From Thermodesulfobacteriota bacterium (GTDB taxonomy: Bacteria; DASVDK01): a DNA stretch of 36,395 nt. The stretch covers positions 1 to 36,395 of the forward strand of contig DASVDK010000237.1 in assembly GCA_036381125.1 (NCBI GenBank), in the 5' to 3' direction. Below are positions 36,149 through 36,395 of the stretch, piece by piece. Below the pieces are notes generated by a model, which saw nothing but the letters and a program-made list of their open reading frames with translations, was not told where the DNA came from and ran no database searches. Both the position numbers and the translations under genes were made by a program. Each line of letters starts with the position of its first letter. Positions within the stretch are counted from its first letter, which is position 1.

Positions 36149-36395
36149 ATGCCCGACACGCCCGCATCCGACACCGGCATCCCGAGACGGGACTTCCTCA
36201 AGACGGTCGGCGCCGCCGCCGGGGCCGCCTCCGCCGCAGGCCTCGGCGGCCCGCGTCCCGCGCGGGCGCAGGGCGGCGGCGCGCCGATCAAGTTCGGCCT
36301 GCTCGAGGACCGCTCGGGCAACTTCGCCATCTTCGGGCTCAACAAGTGGCACGGCACCCAGCTGGCCATCAAGGAGATCAACGAGGGCAAGACGC
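36149..36395 (+). CDS. Tat-exported ABC substrate-binding protein (urea/amide/branched-chain amino acid type), 3' end outside window
   Basis: AGGAGG RBS; RRDFLK twin-Arg signal; PIKFGLLEDRSGNFA...LAIKEIN. Not in the ORF track. Confidence 0.82.
   Translation, partial: MPDTPASDTGIPRRDFLKTVGAAAGAASAAGLGGPRPARAQGGGAPIKFGLLEDRSGNFAIFGLNKWHGTQLAIKEINEGKT

Overview
Very GC-rich, densely coding bacterial DNA; I cannot assign the taxon from this window. In order: a Prx-like (AhpC/TSA) gene with an in-frame UGA in a UxxC motif (runs off the left edge), amidohydrolase, aldehyde dehydrogenase, DMT transporter, rpiA, a metN-metI-metQ-aminotransferase unit behind a Met/Cys-rich leader ORF, MFS, cupin and two Zn-dehydrogenases, an ABCB half-transporter, a thioredoxin-TPR gene with a second in-frame UGA (UxxC), an HNH endonuclease gene bracketed by copies of a 20-bp palindrome, csoR-copA-copZ, an exported rhodanese, a Pot-type ABC importer coupled to a split PEP-synthase-like dikinase, radical SAM plus ArsN2-like GNAT, a collapsed IclR remnant, HU, dapC-dapD-dapE, a polytopic membrane protein, a lipoprotein, a ferredoxin-MBL hydrolase and the start of a Tat-exported binding protein. 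Main signals the ORF track misses: (1) two probable selenoproteins, each with a bacterial SECIS-like hairpin; (2) a rhodanese whose catalytic codon is AGA (one base from UGA), followed by a SECIS-like hairpin at the same spacing; (3) an HNH gene within a segment punctuated by the palindrome AACTCGGTTCGAACCGAGTT; (4) a candidate sulfur-amino-acid leader-peptide attenuator for metNIQ; (5) several apparently leaderless genes, including a symmetric bidirectional promoter. All family assignments come from motif recognition by eye; no searches were run.
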